DNA of 64,000 nt, taken from positions 128,001-192,000 of the forward strand of contig CAWDKY010000030.1 of assembly GCA_963802945.1 (NCBI GenBank), given 5' to 3'. This stretch comes from an uncultured delta proteobacterium. GTDB taxonomy: Bacteria > Desulfobacterota > RBG-13-43-22. Below, piece after piece: positions 31,034-40,397 of this stretch; position 1 is the first letter of the stretch, and each line of letters opens with the position of its first letter. Made by a program: the position numbers and the translations under genes. The notes under the pieces are model-generated. The model was not told the origin of the DNA and made no database searches. It saw only the letters and a list, made by a program, of their open reading frames with translations.

Positions 31034-34000
31034 TTATACTTCAGCATCGCAGCGTAAGCATCGCGAGGCTTCTTGAACGGCATCCTCTATCGTGAAACCC
31101 AGCTCCACTTCGGAAAAATCCATTTTGCGTCGGTCGCCGGAAAGTTCCGGCATGGCCATTTGCGGGGCTTCAACGGTTTCTTCATCGATGATCAAAGGCA
31201 CATCAATTTTTTCCCGGGCCGGTTTTTCATAGGCCGGTTCACCGTTGGCCTTCCGTATGGCGGCATCGATGTCTTCTGCGGCCTGATGTCCGGCGGCAAT
31301 GGCCCCGATGACCGTATCCGGGCCGGTTACCGCATCTCCACCGGCAAAATATCGGGGACTGGAAGTGCGGGATTTGAATTCATCGCCCACCTCAAAACAA
31401 TCCCTTCGGTTAATCTTGATACCGCTTTTTTGATCGATAAAACTCATATCGGGAACCTGGCCGATAGCGGCAATAACGGAATCAAGTTTTAAAGTGAATT
31501 CGGATCCGGCAATGGCCACCGGACGTTTGCGGCCGCTGGCATCAAAGTCGCCCAGGGTCATGCGCTGGCAGGTAATCGAGCTGACTTTTCCTTTTGCGCC
31601 TTCAATCTTCAACGGGGCGACCAGATATTCGATCTTGATGCCTTCTTCTTCAGCGGCCTTGATTTCTTCCTGGGCCGCGGGCATATCCTGTCTCAAGCGG
31701 CGGTAAAGAATGGTAACGTTCGCCCCAAGACGCACGGCGATGCGGGCGGCATCGATGGCCGAATTCCCTCCGCCGACTACAGCCACATTTTTACCCAACG
31801 TTTTTTGGCCTTTCAGCCACCCGTCTTCGTTGGCATTGAAATCACGCAGGAACTCCACTCCGCCGAAGACGTTTTTCAGGTCTTCACCGGGGCAATTCAT
31901 TTTCTGGCTCTTGTGCGCCCCGGAACCCAGATAGATATAATCAAAATCCTTTTCCAGTTTGGCCATGGTGATATCGCGGCCCACCCGGGTATTCAAGCGG
32001 ATTTCCACTCCCAGTGCCCGGATATTGTCGATTTCCTTTTCCAGAATATCTCGGGGCAAACGGTAGGAAGGAATACCCCAAGCCAGCATTCCGCCCGGTT
32101 TTGGCAGTTCCTCAAACACCGTTACCTTGTAGCCGCGCAAGGCCAGATCGCGGGCGGTGGTCAGGCCGGTCGGCCCTGCCCCGATAACGGCGATTTTTTC
32201 TTTCCTGGACACCGGTACCGGCTCTATCTTCGGCCGGGGGGCATTGTCGGTTATAAATCTTTTTAAGAATTTAATGGCCAGAGGTTCATCCATATTGCCG
32301 CGGCGGCATTTGGTCTGGCATTTATGATCGCAAACCCGGCCGCAGACCGATGGAAAAGGATTGGACTGCAATAGGACCTTGTAGGCATCCTCGAATCGTT
32401 TCGCCCTAATCAGAGCGATATAAGAAGGAATATCCATTTCGATGGGGCAGGTATGCTGACAGGGGGATTTGAACAGGGCCGAGCAGACCGCGGCTCTACA
32501 GTGATGATCGCGGATATGCTCCTCATATTCTTTGCGGAAATATCGGATGGTGCTCAAAACCGGATTGGGTGCTGTTTGGCCCAGTCCGCATAAGGCTGCA
32601 TTCTTAATCACCTCGGCCATTTCTTCCAGAAGTTCGATATCCCCCTCTTTACCCTTACCCTGGGTAATATTGGTCAGAACATCCAGCATGCGTTTGGTCC
32701 CCTCGCGGCATGGCGTGCACTTGCCGCAAGACTCATCCTGACAGAAATCCATAAAAAAGCGGGCCATATCCACCGCGCACTTGTCTTCATTCATGACGAT
32801 CAAGCCGCCGGAGCCCATAATCGCGCCCAGTTCAACCACCTTCTCATAATCCACGGGGGCATTTAAATGTTGAATGGGGATACAGCCGCCGGAAGGACCT
32901 CCCAATTGAGCGGCCTTGAATTTTTTGCCTTTGGGGATGCCGCCGCCGATATCGAAAACGATATTGCCGAGTGTGGTTCCCATAGGAACTTCCACCAGGC
33001 CTACATTGGCCACATCGCCGGTCAGGGCAAAAACTTTGGTACCCTTGCTTCTTTCCGTGCCCACCGAATTATACCACTTGGCACCGCGTAAAATAATTTG
33101 TCCGATATTGGCCAACGTTTCCACGTTATTCAAAATACTCGGTTTCTGCCACAGACCGGCAATAGCGGGGAAAGGCGGCCTTGGCCGCGGCATGCCTCTT
33201 TTTCCTTCAATGGAAGTCATCAGAGCTGTTTCTTCGCCGCAAACAAAGGCGCCTGCTCCCTGATAAATCTCCAGATCAAAATCAAAGCCGGTGCCCAAGA
33301 TATCCTGGCCCAACAATCCGGCTTCCTTGGCCTGGGCAATGGCTCTATTCAAACGATGAATAGCCAGGGGATACTCGGCCCGGCAGTAAATATATCCTTC
33401 ATGAGAGCCAATGGCCTTGGCCGCGATGACCATACCTTCCAGGACCGCGTGAGGATCGGCTTCCAGAACGCTTCTATCCATAAAAGCGCCCGGGTCACCC
33501 TCGTCGGCATTGCATAGGACATACTTGATATTACCCGGTGATTGGGAGGCGAACCTCCACTTCAAACCTGTGGGGAACCCTGCTCCGCCGCGTCCGCGTA
33601 AACCTGAATCCAGAATTTCCTGAACGATTTGCGCCGGCTCCATCTCGGTCAGGGCCTTAGCCATACCGGCATAGCCGTCACGGGAGATATATTCTTCAAT
33701 CTTTTCAGGATCAATCAATCCACGGTTTCTCAACACCCGCAGTTCTTGAAGGGCAAAGAAAGGGATATCCTGCATGGTCGGGATAATCTGATCCGTTGTA
33801 GGCTCCCGATATAAAAGTCGCTCTAAGACCCTTCCTTTAATTAAATGTTCTTCAACTAATTCGGGGACATCCTTCGGTTGTAAGGTTACATAAAGGACGC
33901 CTTCAGGGTAAACGACCATGATCGGGCCCAAAGCGCAAAATCCATTACATCCGGTTTCCACAATTTTTATTTCATCGGCCAATCCTCTTTTATCAACCTC

Positions 34001-34090
34001 TTCTAAAAGAGCTTGCTTAACTTTATGACTACCGGAAGATTGACAACCTGTTCCTCCGCAGATCAATAAATGTGAACGAAAAGCTTTCAT
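31034..34090 (-). CDS. NuoF/HndC-like NADH-binding subunit fused to a GltD/NfnB-like FAD oxidoreductase
   Basis: N-terminal Trx-like 2Fe-2S, GRGGAGFPTG, NADEGDPG, ESCGKCTPCREG, then CQHTCP, CGRVCDHKC, GAGPTG, GGGNSAID and EASRCLRC. Confidence 0.88.
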   Translation of the reverse strand: MKAFRSHLLICGGTGCQSSGSHKVKQALLEEVDKRGLADEIKIVETGCNGFCALGPIMVVYPEGVLYVTLQPKDVPELVEEHLIKGRVLERLLYREPTTDQIIPTMQDIPFFALQELRVLRNRGLIDPEKIEEYISRDGYAGMAKALTEMEPAQIVQEILDSGLRGRGGAGFPTGLKWRFASQSPGNIKYVLCNADEGDPGAFMDRSVLEADPHAVLEGMVIAAKAIGSHEGYIYCRAEYPLAIHRLNRAIAQAKEAGLLGQDILGTGFDFDLEIYQGAGAFVCGEETALMTSIEGKRGMPRPRPPFPAIAGLWQKPSILNNVETLANIGQIILRGAKWYNSVGTERSKGTKVFALTGDVANVGLVEVPMGTTLGNIVFDIGGGIPKGKKFKAAQLGGPSGGCIPIQHLNAPVDYEKVVELGAIMGSGGLIVMNEDKCAVDMARFFMDFCQDESCGKCTPCREGTKRMLDVLTNITQGKGKEGDIELLEEMAEVIKNAALCGLGQTAPNPVLSTIRYFRKEYEEHIRDHHCRAAVCSALFKSPCQHTCPIEMDIPSYIALIRAKRFEDAYKVLLQSNPFPSVCGRVCDHKCQTKCRRGNMDEPLAIKFLKRFITDNAPRPKIEPVPVSRKEKIAVIGAGPTGLTTARDLALRGYKVTVFEELPKPGGMLAWGIPSYRLPRDILEKEIDNIRALGVEIRLNTRVGRDITMAKLEKDFDYIYLGSGAHKSQKMNCPGEDLKNVFGGVEFLRDFNANEDGWLKGQKTLGKNVAVVGGGNSAIDAARIAVRLGANVTILYRRLRQDMPAAQEEIKAAEEEGIKIEYLVAPLKIEGAKGKVSSITCQRMTLGDFDASGRKRPVAIAGSEFTLKLDSVIAAIGQVPDMSFIDQKSGIKINRRDCFEVGDEFKSRTSSPRYFAGGDAVTGPDTVIGAIAAGHQAAEDIDAAIRKANGEPAYEKPAREKIDVPLIIDEETVEAPQMAMPELSGDRRKMDFSEVELGFTIEDAVQEASRCLRCDAEV

Positions 34091-34155
34091 TGAGTCAACA
34101 TCCTCCTTGAGAATTTATTATGCTATCGAGACAGAATGTCTAATGGGCGAAAAAA

Positions 34156-34539
34156 TTATCTGACGAGTTCAGAGCCTTTTGCCAAAACAAAGGGAGTCTG
34201 AATCTCTCCCGCCAGAATATGTCTTTTAAAAACCTGCCTCATTTTATTGGGATTCATATATTCATACTTGATCGGTTCTTGATTTAAGATTTCCACGGTA
34301 ACCAAAGGCTCGCGGCTGCACAAGCCCATGCAGCCCGACGTGGTCACAGCCACATCACTTACGTCGGCGGCTTCAATTTCCTCAAGTAGCGTATCCATAA
34401 CTGCCTTGGCCCCGGAAGCGATACCGCAGGTCCCCATATGGACGGTCACCTTGACGCGGCGGTCGCCTTCCCGCAAAGACATTTCCTTCTGCACTCTTTC
34501 TTTTATTTTTTTTAAATCATCTATAAGCAATTTCGCCAT
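34156..34539 (-). CDS. Thioredoxin-like 2Fe-2S ferredoxin (HndB-like)
   Basis: HMGTCGIASGA, SGCMGLCSREP. Confidence 0.85.
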   Translation of the reverse strand: MAKLLIDDLKKIKERVQKEMSLREGDRRVKVTVHMGTCGIASGAKAVMDTLLEEIEAADVSDVAVTTSGCMGLCSREPLVTVEILNQEPIKYEYMNPNKMRQVFKRHILAGEIQTPFVLAKGSELVR

Positions 34540-34580
34540 CGGCGTTTCCTCCCGTTATTTTCGCTTGCAAAATTATAGCT

Positions 34581-35075
34581 TCAATTGTATTGGGCCAAAA
34601 CTTCCCTGACTTTGGATGGTTTCATACGGCCGTGCACTTCATCATCCACCACCACCACCGGCCCCAGGCCGCAGGCACCCAGACAACGGACGGTTTCCAG
34701 AGTAAACATCCGATCCGGTGTGGTTTCGCCTTCTTTTATGCCGAATTCCTTTTGAAGACTTTCGGCCAGGGCTTTGCCGCCGCGGACATAACAAGCCGTA
34801 CCCAGACAAACCCGGACCGTGTGTTTGCCGCGGGGGGTCATGGTAAAGAAGGAGTAAAAGGTGACCACCCCGTAAACACGGCTTAAAGGTAAATTCAAAT
34901 CCTTGGCAATCTTCTTTTGTACGAATATGGGCAGGTATTCCAGGGCCACTTGCGCCTCTTCCAGCACCGGAATTAATCCGCCGGGTTTTCCTTTGTGCTT
35001 GCTAATAATCTTGTTGAGCTCGTCTACCTGCTCTGTTGTAAATTCTTTTAAAAGGTCACTGTCTTCCGCTTTCAT
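34581..35075 (-). CDS. NuoE/HndA-like 2Fe-2S subunit
   Basis: GVVTFYSFF, VCLGTACYVRG, RCLGACGLGP. Confidence 0.9.
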   Translation of the reverse strand: MKAEDSDLLKEFTTEQVDELNKIISKHKGKPGGLIPVLEEAQVALEYLPIFVQKKIAKDLNLPLSRVYGVVTFYSFFTMTPRGKHTVRVCLGTACYVRGGKALAESLQKEFGIKEGETTPDRMFTLETVRCLGACGLGPVVVVDDEVHGRMKPSKVREVLAQYN

Positions 35076-35449
35076 TAAATTCCTCCTCTATTTTTCTGGG
35101 GAACGCTCGAGTCCCCATTTCAATGTCTTAAAGTCCTTCCTTAACTACGCCCCGAATATAATTAATTATTTCAGGATGATCGGCAGGTCTTGGGTCTATT
35201 TCCCTTGGGTATGTTATGCCTATTCCTTCTAATTTGCCGGCATAATAACTATGTTTGTAAAAAAAATCAACCTCTGAATTTCCATTTGATAATATTTTTT
35301 AAGCCGTCCAGAGTATAGAAGAAGCCGAAGGAGCGGTCAAGGAGAAAAGGGGGGAGAAAAACATCGTTGCCTAAGGGCCTTAAATGGAAAAGACACCCTG
35401 GTCAAATCGTTCCTTAAAAAAAATATATGTCTCGCTTTTAATAATCCAT

Positions 35450-35491
35450 TTGTAATTCATCTACTTATATGCTAATTTTAACATACAAAAT
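35450..35491 (+). promoter_or_regulatory. modA promoter with an overlapping palindromic operator
   Basis: ttgtaa-N17-taattt; atatgcta-attt-taacatac; near-copy upstream of fmdE. Confidence 0.55.
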
Positions 35492-35511
35492 CCCCCTAAG
35501 AAATTACGATT

Positions 35512-36258
35512 ATGAAAAAATCTTTTCAGCTTCTTATTATCGTGGTGTTTTTTTTAGTCAATCCTTTCTCCGCCTGGTCGCAAGAAAAAATCCGGGTCGC
35601 TGTTGCGGCCAACTTTATTCAAGCTTTCAAAGAGATCGCTGAAAGATTTGAGACAAAAACAAAGATTAAAGTTGAGGCAACTTTTTCTTCGACAGGAAAC
35701 CTTTATAGTCAGATTGTCAATGGCGCGCCATACGACCTTTTCCTGTCGGCGGATGAAGACAGACCCGCCCGTCTCCATAAAGACGGCCTGGGGGAGGCGC
35801 CTTTCATCTATGCCGAAGGCCGGGTCGTTCTCTGGGCGTCTCAAATAGATTTCTGCCGATGCCGGGATTGGCGGGAAGCTCTGAAGAATGAACGGATAAA
35901 AAAAATCGCCCTGGCCAACCCTTTGACTGCTCCCTATGGTGCGGCTGCCAAGACAGCCTTGCAGAAAGCGGGATTGTGGGACGCATTACAGCCAAAGCTG
36001 GTTAATGCTCAGGATGTGGCCCAGTCCTTTCAATATACCTCGACCGGGGCGGTTGACGCCGGTTTCTGCTCCCTTTCGGTAACTTCCACCCCTCAGGGAC
36101 AAAGGGGCTGTTTCTTGGCCGTCATGGAAGCGCCGGCTATCAATCAATTCGCCTGCCTATTGAAAAACGCAAAAAACCAGGAACCAGCGAAGCGTTTTAC
36201 GGCCTTTCTTCTTTCGTCTGAGGCCGATCAGATCAAAAAAAAGTTCGGTTATAGGTAA
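35512..36258 (+). CDS. modA: Molybdate ABC substrate-binding protein
   Basis: VAVAANF, SSTGNLYSQIVNGAPYDLFLSAD, ANPLTAPYG. Confidence 0.92.
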   Translation: MKKSFQLLIIVVFFLVNPFSAWSQEKIRVAVAANFIQAFKEIAERFETKTKIKVEATFSSTGNLYSQIVNGAPYDLFLSADEDRPARLHKDGLGEAPFIYAEGRVVLWASQIDFCRCRDWREALKNERIKKIALANPLTAPYGAAAKTALQKAGLWDALQPKLVNAQDVAQSFQYTSTGAVDAGFCSLSVTSTPQGQRGCFLAVMEAPAINQFACLLKNAKNQEPAKRFTAFLLSSEADQIKKKFGYR

Positions 36259-36936
36259 ATGGATTATCTCGCCCTTTGGGTTACCTTAAAACTGGCGGTC
36301 GTTACTACCGTTATCCTGATCATTATGGCCGCGCCTCTGGCTTATGTCCTGGCCTATTCCAAGTTTCCCGGGAAATCCTTTTTGGAGGCCCTGATCTACC
36401 TCCCCATGGCCTTGCCGCCGACCGTGATCGGTTTTTATTTAATCATGGTCATGGGCCCCAGGGGATGGGTAGGGAGACCTTGGCAGGCCCTCACCGGAAA
36501 TTCGTTGTTGTTTACCTTTCTAGGTATTGTGCTGGCTTCGATTATTTACAGCATTTCCTTTGCCGTTCAACCGATGAAAGCGGCCTTTCTGAAAATAGAT
36601 CGCCGGCTTCTGGAGAGTGCCTCTGTCCTTGGGCTTTCGCGACCGGCGGCGTTTATCCGGGTGGTCATCCCCAACAGCATCGCCGGGTTGGTTGCCGCGT
36701 CGGTCTTGGTCTTTCTTCACAGTATAGGTGCCTTTGGCGTGTTGTTGATGGTCGGCGGCAGCATCCCGGGAGTGACCAAGGTGGCCTCCATCGCCATTTA
36801 TGAAGCGGTGGAAACCATGAATTATCACGCGGCCGGCCTCATAGCCGTGAGTTTCATCCCGATCAGTTATGCCTTTCTTCTGTTAATGAATAAACTCAAC
36901 GAGAATTCCCGCAATGATTCTTCAGGCCGCGCTTAA
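36259..36936 (+). CDS. modB: Molybdate ABC permease
   Basis: LPMALPPTVIGFYL, MVGGSIPGVTKVASIAIY. Confidence 0.92.
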   Translation: MDYLALWVTLKLAVVTTVILIIMAAPLAYVLAYSKFPGKSFLEALIYLPMALPPTVIGFYLIMVMGPRGWVGRPWQALTGNSLLFTFLGIVLASIIYSISFAVQPMKAAFLKIDRRLLESASVLGLSRPAAFIRVVIPNSIAGLVAASVLVFLHSIGAFGVLLMVGGSIPGVTKVASIAIYEAVETMNYHAAGLIAVSFIPISYAFLLLMNKLNENSRNDSSGRA

Positions 36937-37626
36937 AAAAAGACTTAAATTTTTCGATCTGGATATTACCTTTTCCTGTCCGAAGGACGAAATGTTGGTG
37001 CTGATTGGACCTTCAGGCGGGGGGAAAACCACTATCATCCGCATGTTGGCCGGTCTGGAGACGCCGGACGAAGGAAAGATCGTCTTTCAGGATCAGGTCT
37101 GGTTTGATTCTGCCCGACACATCAATGTTCCAACCCGGAAGCGCGGTATTGGATATGTCTTTCAGGATTACACCCTTTTCCCGCATCTGAATCTATATAA
37201 AAATGCGGCCTTCGCTGCTGTGGATAAGAAGGAAGTTCATGCCCTGTTTGAATTATTTAACATCAGTCATCTGCGGGACCAGAAACCCCACATGGTTTCC
37301 GGAGGGGAGCGCCAACGTTGTGCTATCTGTCAGGCCTTAGCTAGAAGGCCCCAGTTACTGCTTCTGGATGAACCCCTTTCGGCCTTGGATATCATTACAC
37401 GACGGGAGCTTCGTCAGGAATTAAAAAACCTCAAAAAAAACCGTCCATTCCCATCATTTACGTAACCCACGATATTAACGAAGCCCTCTTTTTGGCCGGC
37501 GAAATTTTGCCCGTCGTTAACGGTAAAGAAGATAAAGACTGGACGCAGAGAACCATTGGCCGGGAGCCGGCAGCAGGAAAGATTTGTAATAATCCTCATC
37601 TGGTAAGTGCGGATTATTTACGATAA
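36914..37626 (+). CDS. modC: Molybdate ABC ATPase (frameshift in an A-run ~37435)
   Basis: GPSGGGKTT, SGGERQR, LLLDEP. Continues IPIIYVTHDINEA in the shifted frame to TAA at 37626. Confidence 0.85.
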
Positions 37627-37851
37627 ATGTTACTGGATATCGCTATTAAGTTATTAGGTCAAAAAGGACATATAACTTCGGCTGTCAAGAAAAATATCGT
37701 TTATAATAAGGCCACAATCTCCACCCTGAGGGCGACCCTGGTGTTTTATCGAAAGAATCAATGCGGCGGATATTGAGCCCACCGGCGTTAAATCATATTC
37801 AAAAAAGGCATGAAGTTATATTTAGATAGACAGATTATTTGATATATTGCC

Positions 37852-38514
37852 TTAAGATATTTGGAAAGCTGTTTCAGGTCTCCAGTTGATGGCCGTCACT
37901 TGAAGAAAACCGGCTTTCTTCTCTATTATATTCAAACACCCGTAGTCCTGGGCCATCCGAAAAAGATGGCTGACCGGCAGGTCCAGGACATGACATAAGA
38001 TCACTCTATTCACACCGGCATGGCCAACGATGAGCACATTTCCTCGTGCCGCACGGACGATCTCCTGAAATACGGGTAGGACCCTTTTCTGAAGATCTCT
38101 AAAGCTCTCGCCCTCCGGAGGGTGATAACCTCCGAAATCCAAACCACGGGCTTCGAATTCGTTCGGAAAATGACTTCGGACCGAGGCAATAATCCGCCCT
38201 TCCCATTGCCCTAAATTGATTTCCCGCAGGCCGGCTCTAAGTTGGACGGGTATTTCACGACCGGCTGCCAGTATTTCAGCCGTCTCTTTAGACCGCTTAA
38301 GATCGCTGGCGTATATGGCTTCAAAGGAGACATCGGAAAGTTTCTGCGACCACCATTGGGCTTGGTCCCGCCCCACAGGGCTCAAAGGCCGATCCGTTTG
38401 CCCGATATATCTTTTCGGGCCTGTCTTCCCTGCTATCCCGCCATGGCGCAGAAGATAAATGATTGCCTTCGTTGAACCTGAGGAAGGATTTCTCTGAGTG
38501 CGGCGGTCGGTCAA
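37852..38514 (-). CDS. Histidine phosphatase (CobC/GpmB-like)
   Basis: YLLRHG, ASDLKRS, EINLGQWEG, IVGHAGVNR. Confidence 0.85.
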   Translation of the reverse strand: MTDRRTQRNPSSGSTKAIIYLLRHGGIAGKTGPKRYIGQTDRPLSPVGRDQAQWWSQKLSDVSFEAIYASDLKRSKETAEILAAGREIPVQLRAGLREINLGQWEGRIIASVRSHFPNEFEARGLDFGGYHPPEGESFRDLQKRVLPVFQEIVRAARGNVLIVGHAGVNRVILCHVLDLPVSHLFRMAQDYGCLNIIEKKAGFLQVTAINWRPETAFQIS

Positions 38515-39665
38515 GGGGAATCCTCCTTCCAGAGAATGTCTTGATCAGAAATGGATCGGAGTGGGCACCCGGTAATTTGCTCCACCTTGTCCTTTATCCT
38601 ACGGGCATTATCCCACCTCAGCCGAATAGCAGCCGCCATCTGGGGATCCTGCCCGTACTTTTCCATTTTTAGATGAAAACGCTGTTCCAGATCGATCGGT
38701 TGATTGCCTGATACTAATTTGTCGGCCAGATAGACTATTTCTGCTTCGTTAATCGGTTCATTATCATGGACTTGAATGTCCAGATGGACGCGCACGATCT
38801 CAGCCAGCTTGGGGTATCCCCATTCTTCCAGTACCTTAGCCCCCTTCTGGGCGTGAGGCTCTTCCATCCGGGCGATATCGTGAACCAAGGCCGCCGCATA
38901 AACCAGTTTGCGATCCAATTTACCACCGGACTGATTCACCGCGGCGGAAAGGGTTTTGGCCATGGCGGCCACGGCCCGACAATGGGCCGTGACGGCCTCC
39001 GGCAAGGGCTGAATTTCTTCTATGAGCATACGGCATTCGGCCGGTGTTGGAATTCCCTCTTCTTTCAAGCGGGCCTGCAACAGGTGGTAATCTTCCACAG
39101 TATCCAGATCACGCAAAACCCCTTCGTCGGCCACAGGCACATCAAGGGCCAAGTCGTTTCGTTCTTCCAAAAAACCCCGGAGTCCCCCTTCTTTTTTCCA
39201 AGCGATGATTTCCTGGCCTAGCGCTGCATTGATCAACGGTGGATGGCCCCGTCGACCGTTGAAGTAAGGGTAAAAAATCCGAGCTGATTTTTCCTGAAAG
39301 GCCTTGATCAGGACCTGAATCGTGGAAACCCTGATGAGTGGAATATCAACGGGGTTGACGAAAAAGGACTGTATGGAGGCAGGCAGGTTCTGAACCCCTT
39401 CAATGATCGAGGAGAACATCCCCTTTTCAAAATCGTGGTTAACCACGATCCGCACCCCGTAAGAAGTTAGGGCCTTGCGTATTTCCTTCCCTCGATAACC
39501 GACAATCACGGAAATATCCCTTACCCCCACGTCCTGGTACAAGGATACCACCCGTTCAATTATGGTTTTTTCACCTAATTCCATAAGCGGTTTAAACCGC
39601 CCCATGCGCTTCGAAAGACCTGCAGCCAGTATAATGGCCGATATATTCGCAACCGATTTATTCAT
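38511..39665 (-). CDS. MocA-like NTP transferase fused to an HD domain (DVU_1551-like)
   Basis: ILAAGLSKRMG.FKPL, GRRGHPPL, DLDT, then HCRAV..ALVHDIA..HAQKGA. An alternative start at 39743 exists. Confidence 0.85.
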   Translation of the reverse strand: MNKSVANISAIILAAGLSKRMGRFKPLMELGEKTIIERVVSLYQDVGVRDISVIVGYRGKEIRKALTSYGVRIVVNHDFEKGMFSSIIEGVQNLPASIQSFFVNPVDIPLIRVSTIQVLIKAFQEKSARIFYPYFNGRRGHPPLINAALGQEIIAWKKEGGLRGFLEERNDLALDVPVADEGVLRDLDTVEDYHLLQARLKEEGIPTPAECRMLIEEIQPLPEAVTAHCRAVAAMAKTLSAAVNQSGGKLDRKLVYAAALVHDIARMEEPHAQKGAKVLEEWGYPKLAEIVRVHLDIQVHDNEPINEAEIVYLADKLVSGNQPIDLEQRFHLKMEKYGQDPQMAAAIRLRWDNARRIKDKVEQITGCPLRSISDQDILWKEDSP

Positions 39666-39739
39666 TGCCTTAGGAATATTTAAGTCTTCACTGATTAGAC
39701 AGGAGGGACAGAGGCTTTCCCTGAGGATTCGATCTACGA

Positions 39740-40159
39740 TCATCCGCCAGTCAGATCGAATTCATGCTTCTCCAGAATTTCCATTACCTTGGCAAAGGTA
39801 TCGGCCACAAGGTCTCCGCAGCCCTCGCCTGCAAAGGTTTGGCAGACCATTGGGCCTTCAGGATCACCGAAGCGCACTCCAAACCAATCGTAGAGGTCTA
39901 GACGCATAATCCCCATTTTATCGGAGCCGGTCTCCTCGTCACTTCCCTTTCCGGCATAAAGAGCCAGAAGGCAACATCCGGCGGTTAAAGCGCCGCAAGT
40001 GGCCCGCCAAGATCCGCAGCCGTGGGCCAAACCGGCCATGGCCCGGACCAAGCCGGGGTTGGACTCGCCCCGGGCTTCCAAACCCAGGAGAATGATTACC
40101 TGGCCGCAGGTATAGCCTTTCTGTTCCAACTTCAGCAGGCGGATATCCCTTTCTTCCAT
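39740..40159 (-). CDS. C-GCAxxG-C-C family redox protein
   Basis: GYTCGQ, CGALTAGCC and two further Cys residues. Confidence 0.8.
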   Translation of the reverse strand: MEERDIRLLKLEQKGYTCGQVIILLGLEARGESNPGLVRAMAGLAHGCGSWRATCGALTAGCCLLALYAGKGSDEETGSDKMGIMRLDLYDWFGVRFGDPEGPMVCQTFAGEGCGDLVADTFAKVMEILEKHEFDLTGG

Positions 40160-40184
40160 TTGATTAGGCCTCTTTTTGTTCTTC

Positions 40185-40397
40185 CTATTTATCCTCCAGA
40201 ATCTGTTCCACTTCGGCAATCTTGCCAAGGGCCAGTTCCTCGGAAACCAGGACCAGCCCGCAATCTGGACAATGGGGCAGATCGGTGGTAAAGCGATTTC
40301 CCAGATAGTTCACGGTGATTGGTCCCACAACCAGCTCCTGGTGGCAACGATAACATTGCCACTTCAGATCTTTCAGAATGGTTTTTTCATTCTTCAT
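40185..40397 (-). CDS. Small CxxC/CPxC redox protein (DVU_1557-like)
   Basis: WQCYRC...YLGNRF..LPHCPDCGLVLVSEELALGKIAEVEQILEDK. Confidence 0.8.
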   Translation of the reverse strand: MKNEKTILKDLKWQCYRCHQELVVGPITVNYLGNRFTTDLPHCPDCGLVLVSEELALGKIAEVEQILEDK

